A stretch of DNA of 64,000 nucleotides from a virus (taxonomy: Duplodnaviria > Caudoviricetes), in the IMG/VR virus record IMGVR_UViG_3300021255_002065, positions 64,001-128,000 of that record; one strand, 5' to 3'. Below, one piece after another: positions 28,099 through 37,667 of the stretch. Under the pieces are notes generated by a model that saw nothing but the letters and a program-made list of their open reading frames with translations, did no database searches and was not told the DNA's origin. The position numbers and the translations under genes are program-made. Position 1 is the stretch's first letter. Every line of letters begins with the position of its first letter.

Positions 28099-28857
28099 TT
28101 AGAAGAATTGAACCAATTCCAAATCGTCATAATGGAAAGATTGTGTCCATTTATCAACAAGCTCTTTACGTGCTGCTTCTGCACCACTCCAGTCATCAAT
28201 CTTAACATTGATTTCTTTAAATGCAGAACCAACTTGATTCATATTCTTTAATTGATTATACAGAACTCGTTGTACATCTAATACAGCAAGTTCCATGAAA
28301 GATTCACGACAAGATTCTGGAATCGTTTCACCAGTTAAGTCGTGTTCACATTTTACCACAAATTTCACAAAAATGTTTTCGGGGAAATTGAATAATTGTA
28401 TCTTATTATAACCCAGCCATTTAGATGTTGGAGTGGTTTGGGTAATGCCTGCATACTTATTAATGGCAGCACCAGTTTGTGTTGCGTTTAGAATATCCTG
28501 TGGATAATAAGAACCGAATCCGACAAATGGTGAACCAACCGTAAAAGCATTTGTTAAAATCTCTCCATCTTGATTTGTAGCAGACGCCACGTAGGCGTCT
28601 GCATAAATCACTGGTGTTGTTGTTAATGCTTCGGGTACATAATAGATGCAATTCTTCTTTGCAATATCATCCGGAGAACGAAGTCTCTTCTTTTCTTCAA
28701 ATCCTTCTTTGATCAAAGGTTTAAATTGAGAAAATGTCCGGATCGATACTTTTAAAATTTCTCCGATCACATTCTCTGTGGAATCTTTATATGGTAATGC
28801 AATTGTGTTCAAACCCAATGTGAGTTTGATATCATTTGTTACATCGGAGATATTCAT
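28099..28857 (-). CDS. Probable neck/head-tail connector protein
   Basis: 252 aa; N-terminal DIKLTLG and C-terminal AEAARKELVDKW pattern similar to myovirus neck proteins; genomic context. Confidence 0.5.
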   Translation of the reverse strand: MNISDVTNDIKLTLGLNTIALPYKDSTENVIGEILKVSIRTFSQFKPLIKEGFEEKKRLRSPDDIAKKNCIYYVPEALTTTPVIYADAYVASATNQDGEILTNAFTVGSPFVGFGSYYPQDILNATQTGAAINKYAGITQTTPTSKWLGYNKIQLFNFPENIFVKFVVKCEHDLTGETIPESCRESFMELAVLDVQRVLYNQLKNMNQVGSAFKEINVKIDDWSGAEAARKELVDKWTQSFHYDDLELVQFF

Positions 28858-28881
28858 ATTACATCACACCTTTGTTAAAAA

Positions 28882-30369
28882 TTAACCACGTTTTGCTTTT
28901 CTTCTCGCAGATAATGCATCGGCTTTCGCCTGTGCTTTATCCGCAGCTTCTTGCGCTTTTCTTGCTTTTTCTTCCAAGTCTGCTGCTTGTTTTTCCTTAT
29001 GATCAGCTTTACGACGTTTACCATTTCTGATGTCATAATAAGCAGTCGCTTCATCATGTGCTTGATCAAATTTATCACGATACTCTTTACCAAATTCTTT
29101 ACCTGCCATCTTAACAAGTCGCTGAATTTCTTTCTCACTGTAATCACCAGATGCACGAAGTTTTTCTTCATAACTCTGTTGTCCAGCTTTGATCGTATCG
29201 TTTTTACCCTTAGACATCACATGGTCACTTGTACCAAACAACCTCTGTCCTTCAGCACCTTTATGTTTTGCATAATTTGCATCAGCAGCAGTTAATTGAA
29301 TTGCTTGCACTTCTTGATTCATGATTTTTGCCGCATTCATAACAGCTTTCATCGGACCTGTCATTTGACCAAACGCTTGATCAACTGCTGGACCTTTTTC
29401 TGGATCGGAATACAATTGATTCATTGTCTTCTGCAAGTCGGTGAAGGCATTATTCATTTTTCGACACATGTCTCCAGCCATAAAGAAATAAGTTTTCCAA
29501 ATAGAAGGAGGGGATTGCACATTCTGATTCAATGCTTTCATCAAAACTTCTGAGCTCTGATTCAATTGTTGAATCATATTATTTCCCTCTGCGATAATCT
29601 GCTGTGCTGAAAATCCCTTTAACTTCTTTGCAATCTGACTAATTAAACCAGTCAAAGCTTGCATTGCATTTACACTGTCTTTTGACATGTGTGTGGGAAT
29701 GTTTCCTTCTCTGAACCAGATTCGATAGAACTCCTCCAATTTACCAGTATCCACATTTGCTGGTTTTGAAGGTTGTGCGCCGCTTGTTGAATCATCCATT
29801 GGTCCTTTGAACATACCACTGGATTTATTCTGCCAATTTGTCATAATTTGAGAAATGAATTCATCTTCAGATATGCCACTGGATCTGGCTTTTTCAACAA
29901 CTTGTGTCGCCTTATCAACAATTCCCTCTGTTTGTTTACCGGAAAAGAATTCGCCAATCTTTTTGAAGAATCCCATAATTGCATCAAAAATTCTTTGGAA
30001 AATGTTCCTTTTCTGTGCTGGATTACCCCCTGAGGGTTTCATTATTTTTGTTTGAGCAGATGTCGCACTGGCATTTGTAGCACCAGCCTGTGGACTTGGA
30101 ATGGTGCTTCCAGGAGTTGGTTTAATATTTCCTGGAGCATTTGGATTCGGAGCCGGGGCTGCAGTTGGTGCTTGTGTGGGGGCAGGTGCCCCACCACCAG
30201 CCGGTGGTTGTGAACCAGCCGGGGCTGGAGGTGCTGGGTTTTGTGTTGCTTCAGAATAATAAGATTCTAGAAGATTGCATTTTTGAGCATATTCGAGAAT
30301 TGCAATACATGTATCAAATTCACTGGAATATTTTTCCAATTCCAGTTCTCTCATCATAAAATCGGTCAT
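28882..30369 (-). CDS. Putative internal head protein, propeptide family
   Basis: SEFDTCIAILEYAQKCNLLESYYSE/A; Pro/Ala linker; NIFQRIFDAIMGFFKKIGEFF. Confidence 0.6.
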   Translation of the reverse strand: MTDFMMRELELEKYSSEFDTCIAILEYAQKCNLLESYYSEATQNPAPPAPAGSQPPAGGGAPAPTQAPTAAPAPNPNAPGNIKPTPGSTIPSPQAGATNASATSAQTKIMKPSGGNPAQKRNIFQRIFDAIMGFFKKIGEFFSGKQTEGIVDKATQVVEKARSSGISEDEFISQIMTNWQNKSSGMFKGPMDDSTSGAQPSKPANVDTGKLEEFYRIWFREGNIPTHMSKDSVNAMQALTGLISQIAKKLKGFSAQQIIAEGNNMIQQLNQSSEVLMKALNQNVQSPPSIWKTYFFMAGDMCRKMNNAFTDLQKTMNQLYSDPEKGPAVDQAFGQMTGPMKAVMNAAKIMNQEVQAIQLTAADANYAKHKGAEGQRLFGTSDHVMSKGKNDTIKAGQQSYEEKLRASGDYSEKEIQRLVKMAGKEFGKEYRDKFDQAHDEATAYYDIRNGKRRKADHKEKQAADLEEKARKAQEAADKAQAKADALSARRKAKRG

Positions 30370-30387
30370 ATCAATACCTCCTTAAGA

Positions 30388-31983
30388 TCAGTCTTCTGGC
30401 ATCTTCTCACTGTCTCTGAGTTGACCACGTTCATTTCTTACAGCAGTGGAGAATCCAACCGTTCTCTGGTTCTCGATATTACCGCCAGCCTGTTTAATCA
30501 TTTCAATAATAAGCTCGCAACAATGAACAGTGTAATCCAGACCTTCAGATGTCATAGCAACTGCTTCTTTCATTTTTGTCATTGCTTCAGCTAATGCTTT
30601 CACACCACTCATGTATGCACCTTGTGCACGAGGATCAATTTCAGCATCTTTCTTCTGTAATGCCTTTACAATTTTTGCAAGCTGAGAAGTTCCAGAACCA
30701 CTTACTTCATGCTGAAGATTTGTGAGTGTATCATTCATATGGTTCAATGTATCAGAAATTGCATCATACGCCTCAGTCAATTGCTGACCTGTAAAGCTTG
30801 TATGATCATCACTCTTAATGGTTTCTGTCATTTTATTATAGCACTCACGAAGTTTATTAGCTTTCGTCTCTAGAGAACGTGCCCATCCCTGTGCTTGATT
30901 GAATCCAATTGTGTATTTATCACCATGATCATTGACGTGACCACCACTTGAAGTAACTTTATTGTCAGCTCTATCAAGTTTGCCACACCAATCATTCAAA
31001 TCGTCAAGTGCTTTGCTTGCATTATTTAATGCAGAAACAAATTTCTTATTAAGAATCGGAAGTCCTTTAAATTTACCAGTAACAGCTGCATCAACAGCAG
31101 TCTTTGTGAATTTTTCATCAACGACTTCTTTTACTGTCTTTTCTTTCTTGAGTCCATCTGTAGACTTGGCCTGGTTTGCCCAGCTTTCAAAATTACCGTC
31201 TGAAATATTTGCCGGAAGCGAACCGTTACCTCTATTTGAATTGCGGCCTCCACCAGGAAGCTGATGATCGGTTGCTACACGACCTCTACTACCAGAATCA
31301 ACAGATGAACTGCGACCCGTTCCCCCATCGTTTTCTTGTCTTGCACCACCCGGAAGCTGATGACCTACGGACACAGGTCTTCCATTTTTATTACCAGCAA
31401 CAAATGTACTTCCAGCCTTTGGTGATGCCTGTCCAGGTCCAGGAAGCTGACGACTAGTACTGAGTGCAGATCTTGTCGCAGATGACAATGTACTTCCAGA
31501 ACGAATGCTTGAGGTAAATGTCGGAGTACTCCAGGAAGAATTAATTCTGCTTCTAGTTCCAGAACTTGCTCCAGATACAGCTCTTGCGGCAGTGTGTACA
31601 GTATTTCTACGACGAGTCAATCTACGAATCAACCATCTGAAGAAATTGATAATTGCCATAATCAGACGAGGCAGGAATAGCAGAAATCTTGTCAACATTC
31701 TTTCACCAGGCTGTCTTGCAAGTCTTTCATTCGCTTGATCAATTGCACGGTCTGTTTTTACACGATGTTCATACATACGAGCTCTTACTCTTGTCCCAAA
31801 TCCAGGACCATTATTTGTTGTAGCAGCTTCCATTAAGAACTCCTCAGGAATGATAGATTCATCGAAATCGTATTGCTCCAAAATTGTAGAATTCTTAATA
31901 CAATCATTCATTAAATCATAAGCTGTATCCAATTCAGCAGATACGGCATATTCGTTAATAATATCAAACATTGTTTGTGTCAT
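30388..31983 (-). CDS. Putative internal head protein, propeptide family
   Basis: AELDTAYDLMNDCIKNSTILEQY..FLME/A; amphipathic basic helix; three QLPG repeats. Confidence 0.6.
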   Translation of the reverse strand: MTQTMFDIINEYAVSAELDTAYDLMNDCIKNSTILEQYDFDESIIPEEFLMEAATTNNGPGFGTRVRARMYEHRVKTDRAIDQANERLARQPGERMLTRFLLFLPRLIMAIINFFRWLIRRLTRRRNTVHTAARAVSGASSGTRSRINSSWSTPTFTSSIRSGSTLSSATRSALSTSRQLPGPGQASPKAGSTFVAGNKNGRPVSVGHQLPGGARQENDGGTGRSSSVDSGSRGRVATDHQLPGGGRNSNRGNGSLPANISDGNFESWANQAKSTDGLKKEKTVKEVVDEKFTKTAVDAAVTGKFKGLPILNKKFVSALNNASKALDDLNDWCGKLDRADNKVTSSGGHVNDHGDKYTIGFNQAQGWARSLETKANKLRECYNKMTETIKSDDHTSFTGQQLTEAYDAISDTLNHMNDTLTNLQHEVSGSGTSQLAKIVKALQKKDAEIDPRAQGAYMSGVKALAEAMTKMKEAVAMTSEGLDYTVHCCELIIEMIKQAGGNIENQRTVGFSTAVRNERGQLRDSEKMPED

Positions 31984-31997
31984 AATAATCAATCTCC

Positions 31998-32555
31998 TTA
32001 TCTATTATATTTTGAATTTGCTTTATGCATCACTGGTGTGGTTGGGTCATTATAATATACGCGAAGTTCCGATGAAATGGATTGATTTGTGGTCAACCAC
32101 ATGTAGATTAGCATATCATCATGATTCACCTTTGCCAATTTCTTATACTGTTTTTCCGTCACTCTTGCGACATTTAATGTTTCATTATCCACACTCTTTT
32201 TCATCGCACGAATAAAAGCATTTAGTTCTTTAGAACGTTCGATGAATTTATAATTCAAATCGGGAAATTCAGATATTGTGATTTTCTTACGATACTTATC
32301 ACTCTCAAACATCTTGTTGTAAAATGTATAGGTGGATTCCAATACTTTGTGTTTATATGTCTTTTCACCAGAGCTTTTGTATTCACGATATCCTTTGAGA
32401 TATTTAATCATCTCATCCAGAATTTTTGTATAATTCAATATGGTGTGTTCACCAATTCTCGAATTACCCTGATTACGATGGGAGGAATCCTGTACCGCAG
32501 TAAACAAATCACGGTTCTTCAATACATAATCTTGTACAGCTAATGTATCTTCCAT
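31998..32555 (-). CDS. Hypothetical basic protein
   Basis: GGAGGG RBS before MEDTL; lies within the operon. Confidence 0.6.
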   Translation of the reverse strand: MEDTLAVQDYVLKNRDLFTAVQDSSHRNQGNSRIGEHTILNYTKILDEMIKYLKGYREYKSSGEKTYKHKVLESTYTFYNKMFESDKYRKKITISEFPDLNYKFIERSKELNAFIRAMKKSVDNETLNVARVTEKQYKKLAKVNHDDMLIYMWLTTNQSISSELRVYYNDPTTPVMHKANSKYNR

Positions 32556-32557
32556 AC

Positions 32558-34234
32558 TTAACCCCTCCATCCTTCAGGATAATTGACACCAACTTGCCAC
32601 ATACGATCTGTACGATTCACCGGTCTCATACGAAGAATTTCTTGGAGACATCGATTGAGATCATTCTGCATTTGTACCAGATATTGACGATTGTGTGGCA
32701 CAATGTATCGATAGTCATGTGTGTCCAAGCAGTTTAAATAGAAATCAACCAATTCCAGTTTAGAACAACAATATCCAGCAATCATAGATTGGTCATTTGC
32801 ATCACGAATTGCATTTTTCTGTGTAACAATATAGGCAACTACTTCACGAGGAATTGGTTTCAATTTCTTTGGTTTCACCAACATTGCACCAAACTCTTGA
32901 TAATATTCTTCTTCATCATATTCACGATACCGTTGTACATATTCCTTTTTCACTTGTGGAATATCCTTCACTGGAGAAGGTGGATCTGGATAAGATGATT
33001 TACTGGAAGATGCACTTGCTTTTGAAGGCATTGCATCATTCGATGAGGATATGATCTTATTATTCGTTTCAAATGAAGATTTCTGTGAGGGCATCATCGG
33101 TGGTGTTGTACCACCAGCACCAGAAGTTGTACCAGCACCTCTACCATGAACAACAGCTGGTTCATACGAACTATCACTTTCTTTTGCAAAACCAACATCT
33201 TGATCATCTACATCCTCGATGTCAATATCGATGTCTTTCTTACGACCTTTCAAGAACTTCTCGATTGATTTCTCTTTGTCAGAATCTTTGTCATGATCGT
33301 TATCGTCATCTTCTTCATTAGACTGCTTTTTATCATCGTAATATTGCTTTACTTTCTTAGCACCTTTCTTAACGACTTTCTTAGCAGCTTTCTTGGCAGC
33401 ATACTTTGCACCTTTCTTAACGACTTTCTTAGCAACTTTTGATCCGATGTATGTACCCATGATACCATTTTCATCACCGGCATCTTCTTCAGAATCCTCT
33501 TCGTCTTCCTCAGCATCATCGTCATCATCATCTTCGGATTCCCCATCCATCGGTTCCTCATCTGGTTCTTCTTCATCTGTTTCGTGGTCTAAACCAATTT
33601 CTTCATAATCATTTTCATCAACAGTATCTTCTGCTTTCACTTCTTTGATTTCCCTGATTTCTTCAGGAACTTTTGCCAAAGAATGACGAAGTTCTTTAGG
33701 TGCACCTTTTCCTTCTTTGTCTTTGATGTCAAGATAGTCTGCAGTTAAATCCATCACAGAGGTATCTTTTTCATCACCATGCTTTGTCAAGTCCATGGTA
33801 TAATTAGAACCGTTTTTCATATCTGTGTCGGAAGAACCAAAGTGCCCATCTGGATTCATGGCGCCAACCACCATACCAATTGCATGATGCATTGCATGTG
33901 GTTCATCAATATGTTTATGCATCATTCCCAAGTGTGGTAAATGTGTCATACTGATGTATTTCACTTTGTTATCAATGTCTTCCTTATCATCAAATAGAGA
34001 ACCAGATTCAATTGCATCAACGACAGCATTCTCCACATATACATCCATATCTTTGGGAATTAACATTTCAATCGAGTTACGTTCACCGAACAAACGGGGT
34101 ACGTCACCATCATATTCCATAATCAAACAATTGGAACATTTCTTTTCCGGGAACTGAATCGTTAAGACTTGATGCAGCATGTCACCGTCACGATTGTCAA
34201 TTGCTTTCTTGATTAGATCTCTCGTTAGATTCAC
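32558..34234 (-). CDS. Probable virion/head protein with acidic tract and Lys/Ala repeats
   Basis: D/E run followed by KVAKKVVKKGAKYAAKKAAKKVVKKGAKK; YYQE site before the C-terminal domain. Confidence 0.55.
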   Translation of the reverse strand: MNLTRDLIKKAIDNRDGDMLHQVLTIQFPEKKCSNCLIMEYDGDVPRLFGERNSIEMLIPKDMDVYVENAVVDAIESGSLFDDKEDIDNKVKYISMTHLPHLGMMHKHIDEPHAMHHAIGMVVGAMNPDGHFGSSDTDMKNGSNYTMDLTKHGDEKDTSVMDLTADYLDIKDKEGKGAPKELRHSLAKVPEEIREIKEVKAEDTVDENDYEEIGLDHETDEEEPDEEPMDGESEDDDDDDAEEDEEDSEEDAGDENGIMGTYIGSKVAKKVVKKGAKYAAKKAAKKVVKKGAKKVKQYYDDKKQSNEEDDDNDHDKDSDKEKSIEKFLKGRKKDIDIDIEDVDDQDVGFAKESDSSYEPAVVHGRGAGTTSGAGGTTPPMMPSQKSSFETNNKIISSSNDAMPSKASASSSKSSYPDPPSPVKDIPQVKKEYVQRYREYDEEEYYQEFGAMLVKPKKLKPIPREVVAYIVTQKNAIRDANDQSMIAGYCCSKLELVDFYLNCLDTHDYRYIVPHNRQYLVQMQNDLNRCLQEILRMRPVNRTDRMWQVGVNYPEGWRG

Positions 34235-34272
34235 ATCTTATCAGTCCTTTCTATTAAATTATTTTAAAGGAG

Positions 34273-34758
34273 ATGCTTATTATGCATATCACATTTGATT
34301 TGAATTCCATTTTCATCATAATTGGAATTCTTTGTTGTTTCGTATTTCATCTTGTCACATGGTTGCATATTGATAAAATGCAACGACAAATGAATCAGTT
34401 TGCCACGTTACTATATCGCATTCATCAAAAGTATGATGATTGTCGTGATACATTATACGAAGTAGATGAATATACCAAGCAGTTACACGAAGGTTTTTCC
34501 ATACTTCAGGCAGCATACAAAAAGGTTTATGGAGAAAAGCATATGCCAACCCCACAAGAAGCCGAACAGATTGAATCATCCATACGGGATCTATTAGCAA
34601 TTGAGATTGTCTTATCACAAGATATGAATGTACCTAGAAGAGATTCTGTAAACAATGTTATCTTATCCACAATTCGAACGTATCCAAATATTAATGAAGA
34701 ATATATTATTAAGAAAGCAACAAGTATTATCACACAATTTGTCAAGGACAATCAATAA
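34273..34758 (+). CDS. Membrane-anchored coiled-coil protein
   Basis: N-terminal hydrophobic helix SIFIIIGILCCFVFHLVTWL followed by a coiled coil. Confidence 0.6.
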   Translation: MLIMHITFDLNSIFIIIGILCCFVFHLVTWLHIDKMQRQMNQFATLLYRIHQKYDDCRDTLYEVDEYTKQLHEGFSILQAAYKKVYGEKHMPTPQEAEQIESSIRDLLAIEIVLSQDMNVPRRDSVNNVILSTIRTYPNINEEYIIKKATSIITQFVKDNQ

Positions 34759-34771
34759 TTGGAATAAGATG

Positions 34772-34791
34772 TGCGGGGCATATGCCCCGCA
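34772..34791. terminator. Bidirectional terminator (palindrome) downstream of the capsid gene
   Basis: TGCGGGGCATATGCCCCGCA, extended by TAAGATG/CATCTTA. Confidence 0.75.
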
Positions 34792-34840
34792 ATCATCTTA
34801 TCCTATATAAAATTCTTGGAGGAATTGATTATGTTAGATA

Positions 34841-37027
34841 TTAGCCGCCTGTACCGGAACCACCAGAAGCTGTTGTTGTTTGAACCAGACCAGCCTTGAT
34901 ATCAGGAACAAGCTTAGTATTCTTACAGATTACCAGACCCTGAATACCTTGGATTGCAATTGTTCTGTACTGAGAAGATGTAGTAACCAGTACAGCCTGA
35001 CCACCAGGATTGTTAATGTCTGCATAACCAGCATTTTCAGGAGAGTTGGTGAGGTGACGTGCAAATCTCAGATGCTTGTAACCAATATGGAATTTATCCA
35101 TCGGATATGCAACAATTCGGAAGAAGTATTCACGAGACTTGTCTGTTGCAGTAGAACCATCCTGATATGCATCAATTGTCATGTATGCATCAATTCTGTT
35201 GGATGCAACAACACGAATCGGAATTTCGGAATCAGTCATAACACCAAATGCATGGTTCATCATAATACCACCGATATTGGTAGACTTAGTTACTGTCCAA
35301 GATACAAACTTCTTGAGAAGTCTGGTAGCCTTCGGGTTTGCATAGATAACAAAGCCAAGGTTTTCCAATTTACCTCTGTCACAGAGTTCATAGATCAGAG
35401 AATTGATTGCATTATGAATTGCATTGGTTCTGTATTCCCAAGGATCTCCAGCAAAGCTGTTGGAAATGGAACAAGGATCCAGATCAACATATTCAGTATG
35501 TGTATAAGAATCCAGTGCATATACATCAGATTCATATCCATCATATTTTGCAAATTCATCTTCCAGGAAGTCCAGAATATACTGGTCTTCGAACATTTCC
35601 TGAGCTGTTACGAGTTCCTGAACCAGTCTGTTGTAGAGGTTGAAGTTGAGAGAAGCATTAGCTTCAGCAAAGTCTTCTACTGTAAACGGAAGCTGGAATC
35701 TCATACCATCGGAAATGAGGAATTTACGAATTTCAGGATATTCACGGAAACCAACAGTTCTCAGGTTGGTTTCATTGGACATTCTACCCTGAATATAGAA
35801 ACCGGTGATCACACCACATGTAGATGCAGTGACATAACCCTTTACAAAGTCAACAATACCTGCGAGGTAGTCGGAGATACCAGTTACAGTCTGTCCAGTC
35901 GGCAGGTTGTTTGCATCAACAATCGGAAGAACCATTTCTTCGGTGATTCTACCGTTCTCGAATACACCACCGTTCTGTACGTCGATTGCAATACCAGCAC
36001 CCGGAAGCTTTACTTTAGAACCACCAGTAACAGTACCGGTTTTCTTGTAATATTTGCCAGCTTCCCATGTAGGAGCAGATGCGCCAGTTACAGCAGTATA
36101 TGTTGTACCAGTAGATGTGTAGTAATCAGTGTACTTTGTAGCCCAATCACTCGGCTGAGAAGTGGTGAGTGCATAAGTATCAATATCAGTGCCTGCAGTA
36201 CCAATCTGCACATACTGGATGTTGAAGTCGTAAGACAGTCTGGCTCTTAGATTGGACTTTCTGTCGATAGAGAAATCATTGCCATCATCATCCAGAAGCC
36301 ATGTGTACATATCAAACTTCTTATTCGGAGAAGCCTGGATCTGGGAAATTAGCAGAGGCGCATTATCCTTGATTCTGTAACCCTTACCTGCATTCCAGAG
36401 TTTCTTCCACAGCGGCTTACCATCTTCATCCTTTACAAACCAGATCTTCGGTGTTTCATATTCTTCACCAGTCTGATTGTTTACCAGATACTTTACGAAG
36501 ATACGCTGTTCGATATTTGTAGAGTTTGCAGTCTGAACAGGAATCAGTTCCTTACCGAGGAATCTTACATACTGCTTTACGAGAGCCGGGAAGTCCAGAG
36601 TTGCAAGCGGTAGATAGTTAGATACGTTATAAGATTCCTGTACCAGGAAGGACTGTGCAGAAGAATCCCACGCTTTATCAATCTGATCGATGACAGATTC
36701 CAGATGTACCTTTTCAGCTTCTACTTCTGTTTCATCTTTCAGAGCTGTCAATTCCTGAATAACCGGTTCAAGCAGCATCTGCTTGTATTCTTCCATGATG
36801 GCAGGATTCTCCATCATTCTCTTTGCGTCCTTCATTACATTGACGCCGTTATATGCTCTTTTCAGTGTTCCAACAGTATTTTCGAAATGTCTATCAAATC
36901 CATCAGACAAGTTGTCAAGTTCTGTCTGAGATGCGGAATTGATCATTGCTTGCTGTTCCTGGAACCATGTGCCATGTGAGGCAGCGGAACGTCCGTATGC
37001 CATAGAAAACATCTCCTTTGGTATCAT
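34841..37027 (-). CDS. Major capsid protein (probable)
   Basis: 728 aa; codon usage typical of high expression (CTG, TTC, AAC); N-terminal propeptide ending FLVQE/S; downstream of the protease and scaffold-like genes; followed by a strong hairpin. Confidence 0.75.
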   Translation of the reverse strand: MIPKEMFSMAYGRSAASHGTWFQEQQAMINSASQTELDNLSDGFDRHFENTVGTLKRAYNGVNVMKDAKRMMENPAIMEEYKQMLLEPVIQELTALKDETEVEAEKVHLESVIDQIDKAWDSSAQSFLVQESYNVSNYLPLATLDFPALVKQYVRFLGKELIPVQTANSTNIEQRIFVKYLVNNQTGEEYETPKIWFVKDEDGKPLWKKLWNAGKGYRIKDNAPLLISQIQASPNKKFDMYTWLLDDDGNDFSIDRKSNLRARLSYDFNIQYVQIGTAGTDIDTYALTTSQPSDWATKYTDYYTSTGTTYTAVTGASAPTWEAGKYYKKTGTVTGGSKVKLPGAGIAIDVQNGGVFENGRITEEMVLPIVDANNLPTGQTVTGISDYLAGIVDFVKGYVTASTCGVITGFYIQGRMSNETNLRTVGFREYPEIRKFLISDGMRFQLPFTVEDFAEANASLNFNLYNRLVQELVTAQEMFEDQYILDFLEDEFAKYDGYESDVYALDSYTHTEYVDLDPCSISNSFAGDPWEYRTNAIHNAINSLIYELCDRGKLENLGFVIYANPKATRLLKKFVSWTVTKSTNIGGIMMNHAFGVMTDSEIPIRVVASNRIDAYMTIDAYQDGSTATDKSREYFFRIVAYPMDKFHIGYKHLRFARHLTNSPENAGYADINNPGGQAVLVTTSSQYRTIAIQGIQGLVICKNTKLVPDIKAGLVQTTTASGGSGTGG

Positions 37028-37028
37028 A

Positions 37029-37637
37029 TTAATTCAATTGATTATTCTCGTTTGAATCTTTTAGCTTTTTCAAGTTGTCATTTAATTGCTGGATTAGCAT
37101 TGTATATAAAGCATCGAGTTTTTGAAAGAATATTAAATTCTCACCATATTTTGCACCAACAAAGTTTCCGATCAAGTAGGATTTACCCTTATCAAGTGCA
37201 GCTTTTAATCGAGTCATATTATCATCGTTTTCTCTAATTGCTTCATATGGAAGTAATGGAATTAATCGGTTGATACTTTCAATTGTATCTTCAATCTCTT
37301 GGTTACGATCCATCATCTGTGTGTACAATCTCTGATTCAAAATTGAATTTGCTTTATCAGATAATTTAGCACCGGGATTCTGGGTACCTTCTTCTTGTTG
37401 TCCATCTTCTCCAGCGGCTGGGTCTCCACCCATATCCATTCCATCACCTGCGTCGAATGCCATGTCACCCATGTCCATTCCACCGCCATCTGGTAATGCG
37501 GGCGGATCACCCATAGAGGCATCGGGCGGAGCACCTGCTGAAGCATCCATGCCCATGTCTGCTCCACCAGCATCAAATGGTTCTGCAATACTGCCACCGG
37601 CTTCCATCACCATGACAAAGAAATTGTCTTCTTCCAT
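37029..37637 (-). CDS. Acidic scaffold/prohead core-like protein
   Basis: MVME/A site, D/G/M-rich disordered N-terminal half, coiled C-terminal half; immediately upstream of the capsid gene. Confidence 0.5.
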   Translation of the reverse strand: MEEDNFFVMVMEAGGSIAEPFDAGGADMGMDASAGAPPDASMGDPPALPDGGGMDMGDMAFDAGDGMDMGGDPAAGEDGQQEEGTQNPGAKLSDKANSILNQRLYTQMMDRNQEIEDTIESINRLIPLLPYEAIRENDDNMTRLKAALDKGKSYLIGNFVGAKYGENLIFFQKLDALYTMLIQQLNDNLKKLKDSNENNQLN

Positions 37638-37667
37638 TTGATTGCGTCACCTCCGTACATTTCATAA

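Noticed and set aside
34880-36250. 456-aa plus-strand ORF
   Set aside because: Antisense to the strongly codon-biased capsid gene, which suppresses stops on the opposite strand.
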